Shown here: piece after piece, positions 57,837-64,000 of the stretch
Layout of the letters: each line of letters opens with the position of its first letter
Numbering within the stretch: position 1 is the first letter of the stretch
NCBI GenBank assembly: GCA_017935245.1
Contig: JAGBHZ010000001.1
Coordinates: forward strand, 8,031-72,030
DNA length: 64,000 nucleotides
Direction: 5' to 3'
Source of the DNA: Alphaproteobacteria bacterium
GTDB taxonomy: Bacteria > Pseudomonadota > Alphaproteobacteria > Rs-D84
Made by a program: the position numbers and the translations under genes
The notes under the pieces: model-generated
Told to the model about the DNA's origin: nothing
The model's input: only the letters and a program-made list of their open reading frames with translations
Databases searched by the model: none

Positions 57837-58701
57837 AATCAATTAATCCAAATTTAGTTATATAGTTAAACGAAATCCCGACGATAAAATTACTGCCATA
57901 AACATCAACGCCACGTGCACGTGCGCGCCGATATTGTACATATGGCCCCAACGTCAAATCACCCCACAAATTTGTATCCAGACGCGCAACGGCACTTAAA
58001 TCACGCTCTAAATCAGTTGGCACATACATTGAATAGCTTAAATATTCACGATAATATCCATTGGATGAAAACTTAACACCATCACGAAGGTCGTATTCCA
58101 ATCGCCACCCCAGTTCGGCCGCCAATTTAGACGTCTTTTCATTTGCATATGTAAAATCATATTCGTACACACCGGTCAAATACAGGCTTTTTATAACCTT
58201 GTTATCAAACAACGACAAACCGGCATTTGTACGAAAAATATTTTGGCGTGGTGCATCCCCGGACGCAACAAATTCCGTATCATATGCGGCACGCACTGTC
58301 GGACCAAACTTGAATCCCGAAAATTCCCAGCATTCATATTCCAAATTACTGGACAACAAGATATCATCTGCATTTTCACTGGATGTAACATCACCATTTT
58401 CTGGTTTCAGTTTTGTTTCACCATATTCCATAAACAAACTGTTATCCCATTGGAAACGATTTTTCTTGTATTCCAATGCGGTATCAAAGACACCTTTGAT
58501 AAATTCTTGGCTATCCGCATTCAGGGCCGACACCGGCGAATCCTGGTACATATCGGCATTGCGCACCTGGGTCTGGGACAATTCCAATCCAATTCTGCGC
58601 ACAGACAAAACCAAACTGGTCTTATTTTGATTTTCCACATCATCGGCCATTGCCACACACGGCAATAATACCGCCCCTAAAATATAAATTATTTTTTTCA
58701 T
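57835..58701 (-). CDS. outer-membrane beta-barrel protein (DUF3078-like?)
   Basis: Signal peptide MKKIIYILGAVLLPCVAMA and an amphipathic strand pattern. Confidence 0.55.
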   Translation of the reverse strand: MKKIIYILGAVLLPCVAMADDVENQNKTSLVLSVRRIGLELSQTQVRNADMYQDSPVSALNADSQEFIKGVFDTALEYKKNRFQWDNSLFMEYGETKLKPENGDVTSSENADDILLSSNLEYECWEFSGFKFGPTVRAAYDTEFVASGDAPRQNIFRTNAGLSLFDNKVIKSLYLTGVYEYDFTYANEKTSKLAAELGWRLEYDLRDGVKFSSNGYYREYLSYSMYVPTDLERDLSAVARLDTNLWGDLTLGPYVQYRRARARGVDVYGSNFIVGISFNYITKFGLID

Positions 58702-58719
58702 AACACACCCCTAAAAAAA

Positions 58720-59325
58720 TTATTTCCAAATACGTAATGCACCATCGACATTAGAATAATGCCACCCATTTTCACGTATCGCAATTGTAAAATCTGCGCG
58801 TTGCCCAACCGGTATTTCAATCGTCATCTGGGGGCCATAAATGTACCTGGTATCAAAATTTATATTTTCATCACGTGCAATCTTGTACAGTTCTGCGATA
58901 TTTGCAATTGGATTTTTCAAATTTACCAGAACCACAAATTTATTACCATCCCCACCATCCGGCAACCAATTCTGGACCCCATTTTCCACCAACCACGCCC
59001 GCGCCGCCACATCATCCAACACCATGGTAATATTGGCCGAATACGTTGTATCCGACGTTTGTTCTTTGTCGATTTCCGTTGACGCAATTAACCCGGTTAA
59101 TGTTGCCGTATCGGCATTACCCATTGCCGCATTCAGCGCCGAACGTTCCGCATATTGCCCCAAGACATCTGAAATAATTTGCCGACGGGCCTCGGCCATG
59201 GCGATATTTTTTGCCGCGGCGGCGGTATCACTGGTGATATTAATTGTGGCCGATGCGCGTAAATCGGCGGCATTTGCCACCGACATACACATTATGGATA
59301 AAAGACCGCACAATAACGCTTTCAT
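58720..59325 (-). CDS. secreted/periplasmic hypothetical protein
   Basis: Signal peptide ...CMSVANA and an AAGGA SD. No family recognised. Confidence 0.5.
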   Translation of the reverse strand: MKALLCGLLSIMCMSVANAADLRASATINITSDTAAAAKNIAMAEARRQIISDVLGQYAERSALNAAMGNADTATLTGLIASTEIDKEQTSDTTYSANITMVLDDVAARAWLVENGVQNWLPDGGDGNKFVVLVNLKNPIANIAELYKIARDENINFDTRYIYGPQMTIEIPVGQRADFTIAIRENGWHYSNVDGALRIWK

Positions 59326-59336
59326 ACCCCCAGTCC

Positions 59337-60962
59337 TTAGAATTTCGCAGTTATACCAACACGAACACCCAATGATTTGAAGAATGATTCAATTTCATCC
59401 GACACGGTGTCTTTCCATCCATTGGCCTTTACATCCGAGATGTAAACCGCGGTTGGATCGGCCGAATAAATTTTCCCATTATATTCGAAACCGTACAACA
59501 TTGCTTGTTCTGCCTGGGCGGCATCTGCAAATGTTAATCCCGGCAGACTTGGGAACAACAAACTTGGGTCTTCAACATATGTCTTCAATATTGTGTCATA
59601 CATTTCTTGCCAATACGTAGGATTCAAATACGTTGTTGCATCGGCCCCGCCAACTGAATAATAATCATATGTAACCCCGATCGATAACGACACTTTGTCC
59701 GTTAATGCGGTACGCCACTGTGCCCCCAAACCCATATGAAACGCCGAACCAATACCGGCATCATCTTCGATTGATTTTGGATGCTGCCATTCGGTGCGAT
59801 ATGGTTGATCCGCGGTTGCATTATATCCCGGCAATCCCAATTCAACACGTGCCGAAACAGAATTATTTACATTGATATCATACAACATATCCAACGCCAA
59901 ATATGGCCCCGACCATGTTACTTCGTACGAATGGGACATGTTATTCTGGTGGAAATAGAAAGTATCCAAACTATCAATCCAATCACCATTGGCATTTGCC
60001 AATGGAATTCCAACCACATCCGTATATCCATCACCATCTAAATCAATTTTTTCAAACACACCCGGTGTATATTGCCCCTGGGCATTCAAAAATGCCAAGA
60101 ACGGCCAACACTGTGTCATACCATCACTGGAAAAACATGGCAAACGATTATCAGAATCAGATTGTGTCCATCCATTTATTCCCATGGTATCAACCTTTAA
60201 CCCATAGTTATCGGTTGTTTCCAATTTATACTTAAAATGACGCCACCCAATTGATGGTGTAACCTTAACCCGGCCCCATGTAAAGAAATCTTTTAACCCA
60301 ATTTCACCACGAATCCCCAGCATATCGCCATCTTTGCTGGTTCCAACCGACAACGCATTACCATACTGAGTATATGCAACGGCCGTTCCATCGGCATTCC
60401 ACCATTCTGCGGCAATATATCCACCATTTGAAATATCGTCGTCAATCATGGTTGATTCGCCCATCTGGATTCCATATTCCAAACCGGCATTAATTGTTAT
60501 TGGCGTTTTACCAACCATAAAATCATATCCACCATTTACATCCAACACACCCCACGCCAGATTGTCATAATGCAGTTTCGACCCCGCATTTTTCATTTCA
60601 AATTGCCACATACCGGTTTTATATGACATACCGGCATCTAAGTGAAAACCGTTCCCAGCAACAGCGGATTTTTGTACCCCCTGGGTTGACGCGGACGATT
60701 GACGCGCCTGACTATTTACACGTGAACCCGCGGCATATCGATTTGTATTTGCATATGACGAATACCCCGCCGCATTATAGCGCGCCTGGTTATACGGTGA
60801 AATCCCCGACGCCATTGTACCGGTTACCGCACTGGAATTATTATACCGTGCAACCTGGGGCGATTGATAGTTTCCCGTATAATACGTCCCGGCCGCATTT
60901 GCCGCCACCGGCCCCAACACCAAAAACGATGCACCACACAAAATTTTAGTTAACCCTTTCAT
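59337..60962 (-). CDS. outer-membrane beta-barrel protein with an N-terminal Y/N/S/R-rich region
   Basis: Trimmed to the ATG at 60962 (GAAGGA SD). Has signal peptide ...GPVAANA and ends ...RVGITAKF. Confidence 0.65.
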   Translation of the reverse strand: MKGLTKILCGASFLVLGPVAANAAGTYYTGNYQSPQVARYNNSSAVTGTMASGISPYNQARYNAAGYSSYANTNRYAAGSRVNSQARQSSASTQGVQKSAVAGNGFHLDAGMSYKTGMWQFEMKNAGSKLHYDNLAWGVLDVNGGYDFMVGKTPITINAGLEYGIQMGESTMIDDDISNGGYIAAEWWNADGTAVAYTQYGNALSVGTSKDGDMLGIRGEIGLKDFFTWGRVKVTPSIGWRHFKYKLETTDNYGLKVDTMGINGWTQSDSDNRLPCFSSDGMTQCWPFLAFLNAQGQYTPGVFEKIDLDGDGYTDVVGIPLANANGDWIDSLDTFYFHQNNMSHSYEVTWSGPYLALDMLYDINVNNSVSARVELGLPGYNATADQPYRTEWQHPKSIEDDAGIGSAFHMGLGAQWRTALTDKVSLSIGVTYDYYSVGGADATTYLNPTYWQEMYDTILKTYVEDPSLLFPSLPGLTFADAAQAEQAMLYGFEYNGKIYSADPTAVYISDVKANGWKDTVSDEIESFFKSLGVRVGITAKF

Positions 60963-61067
60963 CAGATAATCCTTCACCTTTTATTAATATCAACACAATG
61001 ATATCATAAAAAGGTTGAAAAAAAAACATCTTCTTGTCAGAATATGGAAACAATCTCACATTTTCGC

Positions 61068-61153
61068 GCGGTCATGGCGGAATTGGTAGACGCGCAGCAC
61101 TAAGGATGCTGTGGATAAAATCCTTGGGGGTTCGATTCCCCCTGGCCGCACCA
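61068..61153 (+). tRNA. tRNA-Leu with anticodon AAG (A34)
   Basis: GCGGTCATGGCGGAATTGGTAGACGCGCAGCACTAAGGATGCTGTGGATAAAATCCTTGGGGGTTCGATTCCCCCTGGCCGCACCA. It has a type II long variable arm. The anticodon stem is CAGCA/TGCTG and the loop is C-T-AAG-G-A. Confidence 0.9.
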
Positions 61154-61247
61154 TTTTTTTTAATTACTACGCATAAAATACGCATATTATGACTCACATT
61201 TTCCTTGCCCCAAATTTCTAAAATTTGTACACTATCGTTATACAAGG

Positions 61248-64000
61248 ATGAAGGGATTCAAGGCGATTTTTGCTGTATGCCTTGCGCTGGTTGGCATTGG
61301 TGGCGCATGGGCGGATGATTCTGGCGACGCGGCACGCGCCGCCACGCGTCGTGATGCCACGAACACGGTTACAACAACGCGCAAAAAAACGACAAAACCG
61401 GCCACATCACAAAATACTGTATCCCGTTCAACCGACACGGTGCATAAACCTGTTCAGACATTACGCGAACGCACAACAACACCACGCGCAACAACAAATA
61501 TTTCAAACACATCCCGAACATCTGACCCAGATACAAAATCCGTATCGGCGCGTACAACCACAAATGTTGCATCGCGCACCACATCGGCCAAAATTCCACC
61601 AATACCAATCGCACGCACGGCAAATTCCGCCACAGCACGGGCAAAGTCGGCAACGATGCCCGCATCGCCAGTGCGCACATCCGCCGCACGTCGCGCATCC
61701 GTTGCCCGCGCCACCGCCAACACCCCCGAAACATCCGAATTACGCGATGCATTTATGCAGTCCAACAACAAACAATGCCGGGAAGTTTATTACACATGCA
61801 TGGATGAATTCTGCGCGAACAAGGACAGCCAACTAAAACGCTGTGCATGTTCATCACGCCTTAACGAATTCGATGGTGTAAAGCGTCAACTTGAAACCGC
61901 CGAAGAAAAAATGCTAGATTTTTCCCAGCGCCTATTAACGGTCAGCATGGACGCCGAAGATGCCGCTGCATTAAACGTCGCCACCGAAGGGGAATTGGCA
62001 TTTAATCAGAAAGACACATCAAAATCACAAAAAATCCTGGACGAGATTACAAAACGCCTGAACACAAAATTCACCGACGATTCGTTTGACAGAAACCTAA
62101 CGGCGATATCACTGTCTTTGAACGAAGATGCCGCATTTGACAATGTCGATTCGTTAATGGGCGCATCTACAACACTAAAAACCGGTACCGAATTATATGC
62201 GGCGGCCATCCCGGTGTGTCGTGAAATGGCGGCCGAGGTTTGTACCCCCGAACAACTATCCATCGCCGAAAGCGGGTACCAGATGATGATTGAACAAGAT
62301 TGCAACACGGTAAAAAAATCGTACCAGTCCCAGGCCGATGCCGCCCGCGAAAAAATCCGCGAAAGTGGTGCATTACTGGACATATCGCGCCTGAACGTTT
62401 ACCAAGATAAAAATTCAGACGACATATTAACATGTAAATCAAAAATGCTGGAAATGCTAACCGACAATTCGGTATGTGGCAAAGATATGTACAAATGCCT
62501 GGACACAACGGGCCAATACATTGATCCATCAACCGGTGAAGCGTTTTTGACGGTTAACCTGGCCAATCTGGCAAACTTAATTACACGGCCCACCGGAAAT
62601 AAAACGTGGACAAACATGCCCGGAAATGAAAAATTTGTATCATACTTAAATTCTAAAAAGAAATTCTTGGCCCCGGCCATGGAACATTGCCAAGACATTT
62701 CAGACTATGTTTGGACCGCATTTATCGAAGATGCATTGGCACAAATCAAACTGGCCCAAGATGCCAAATTAGAAGAAGTCCGTCAAAGTTGTACAACCCT
62801 GACCACCCAGTGTTTAACCGACACGGCCAAATCAATCGAAGAATTTGATGCACGCGCACTGTCCACATTTGGTGTTATGGCCGATATTACGGTTAACGCC
62901 ATGTGCGCCGATGTTAAAAACGCATGTACCGCCCTGCTTGAGGTTACCGATGGCGATACAGACTGGGTTGGTGGTATGACAGAAATCGCCACAGACAACA
63001 CATACGAAACGATTCTCAAAACCTGTCGCGAGGTTGGGCGCGCCTGTATCATCCAGACATGCAAATCCATATCAGGTAACTTTGGTTTATGTGAAAACAT
63101 TGAAACATCCGTTAACCGCAAGGCAATTGTTAACCGTACATCATGCTGGCAAGATGTTCTGGATTGCGTTGCCCAGGCCCCCGATGAATCTATCAACCGT
63201 ATAATGGACCAATTGGCCGAACGCCAAACCATTATTGCCCCACGTTCCACCGACAGCATTCCACCATATGCATTTTATAAAACCATGTATGGGTACGATA
63301 GCGATATAACAATTTCCAATGAAGCACCCAACACCGACACCTGTATAAAATCAACAGACATGAATTGTGTCTATGATATATGTGCCGCCGACGAAAAATG
63401 CACCGACCCAGATTCTACGGAATGCAAGATATGTCGTATTGCCGAACAAATTTGGGGCAATTGCGAAGTGGTACCAACCCAAGAACTAACGGCACACAAT
63501 CAAATAAAAAAACCAATAAAAAATCAATCTACATTATTATACTGGTTTGCAATGAATACTGGGACGGACAAAATGTTAGACTCTTGCCGCGACACAAGTT
63601 GCGGACCAGACTACTTTTTATCTGACGGTATATGCGTATCTAAAAAAGACCGTGGCCAAGAAGGCGACTCTGTATGCCAGGGCTCCAATCGCATATTCAC
63701 ACAAGACAATGAATTCAATTGTTGTAACGCATCCCATCAAGACACGTTTGGGAATTGCTGTAATAGCGAATCACCAACCCAAATAAACAGCTACAACCCA
63801 TCACTATCGCCATACTATGTATCCGGCGAATCCAACATAACCGGCAATGCAAATATATGCACACCATCAAACACCGCAAGCATTGTTGCAATGTTTAACA
63901 TAAACGCGGGCGACGAATACTATTTATCAGGCACCAATGCACTGATATGCTTGGGAACAATCGGTTACGAAAATCAAACAACAACCTTTCCATCCGGGCA
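61248..64000 (+). CDS. very large secreted Cys-rich protein (5' part; runs off right edge)
   Basis: Absent from the ORF track. I translated 61248 to 64000 by hand and found no stop. MKGFKAIFAVCLALVGIGGAWA signal peptide, an R/T-rich linker, then CREVYYTCMDEFCANKDSQLKRCACSSRLNEFD and many further Cys. Confidence 0.7.
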   Translation, partial: MKGFKAIFAVCLALVGIGGAWADDSGDAARAATRRDATNTVTTTRKKTTKPATSQNTVSRSTDTVHKPVQTLRERTTTPRATTNISNTSRTSDPDTKSVSARTTTNVASRTTSAKIPPIPIARTANSATARAKSATMPASPVRTSAARRASVARATANTPETSELRDAFMQSNNKQCREVYYTCMDEFCANKDSQLKRCACSSRLNEFDGVKRQLETAEEKMLDFSQRLLTVSMDAEDAAALNVATEGELAFNQKDTSKSQKILDEITKRLNTKFTDDSFDRNLTAISLSLNEDAAFDNVDSLMGASTTLKTGTELYAAAIPVCREMAAEVCTPEQLSIAESGYQMMIEQDCNTVKKSYQSQADAAREKIRESGALLDISRLNVYQDKNSDDILTCKSKMLEMLTDNSVCGKDMYKCLDTTGQYIDPSTGEAFLTVNLANLANLITRPTGNKTWTNMPGNEKFVSYLNSKKKFLAPAMEHCQDISDYVWTAFIEDALAQIKLAQDAKLEEVRQSCTTLTTQCLTDTAKSIEEFDARALSTFGVMADITVNAMCADVKNACTALLEVTDGDTDWVGGMTEIATDNTYETILKTCREVGRACIIQTCKSISGNFGLCENIETSVNRKAIVNRTSCWQDVLDCVAQAPDESINRIMDQLAERQTIIAPRSTDSIPPYAFYKTMYGYDSDITISNEAPNTDTCIKSTDMNCVYDICAADEKCTDPDSTECKICRIAEQIWGNCEVVPTQELTAHNQIKKPIKNQSTLLYWFAMNTGTDKMLDSCRDTSCGPDYFLSDGICVSKKDRGQEGDSVCQGSNRIFTQDNEFNCCNASHQDTFGNCCNSESPTQINSYNPSLSPYYVSGESNITGNANICTPSNTASIVAMFNINAGDEYYLSGTNALICLGTIGYENQTTTFPSG

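Noticed and set aside
61238-63259. Minus-strand ORFs 61238..61438, 61369..61771, 62006..62698 and 62783..63259, plus the plus-strand ORF 61270..61836
   Set aside because: All of them overlap the uninterrupted plus-strand frame from 61248, which has a signal peptide and a paralog at 7738. Their products are low-complexity R/H/P-rich or lack any features.

Overview
This 64-kb window looks like chromosomal DNA from a Gram-negative bacterium of moderate to low GC. The gene content suggests an anaerobic, probably host-associated alphaproteobacterium-like lineage. That inference rests on GapR/DUF2312, CarD/CdnL, BamE, EnvC-CtpA and LptC-LptB together with a 1169-aa pyruvate:ferredoxin oxidoreductase. 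Housekeeping genes include rnhA, tkt, argS, rho, ssb, pyk, eno, nifJ, ctpA, tyrS, lptB, tsf, rpsB and pbpC, plus three tRNAs. Between them sit many accessory envelope genes. These comprise at least seven Cys-rich secreted proteins with recurring CxxGY motifs and two very large surface proteins, each split by a single frameshift. One of the two is a roughly 1840-aa autotransporter, and the other is a roughly 1900-aa thioester alpha-2-macroglobulin located next to pbpC. There is also an S8 protease autotransporter beside a serine recombinase, several outer-membrane beta-barrels, and orphan clusters with no recognisable family. I found no rRNA, CRISPR array, transposase or reverse transcriptase.

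The signals most worth following up are:
- A conserved long 5' leader with terminator-like hairpins, shared by unlinked Cys-rich secreted-protein genes. It shares a TTGCCA(A)TAATGGGG(G)TGTGG motif with the porin gene leader, where the motif is duplicated.
- A spanin-like overlapped gene pair (membrane protein plus lipoprotein) at the end of a Cys-rich operon.
- A tRNA-Leu carrying an A34 (AAG) anticodon.
- A small intergenic repeat family with expandable TTAGTGG heptamers next to stereotyped AAAAATCCC...GGGATTTTT terminators.
- A possible recombinase-bounded cassette.

Two genes were missing from the supplied ORF track because they run off the window edges: tspO on the left, and a secreted Cys-rich protein of more than 917 aa on the right. 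All family calls rest on motif recognition by eye. No database search was run.
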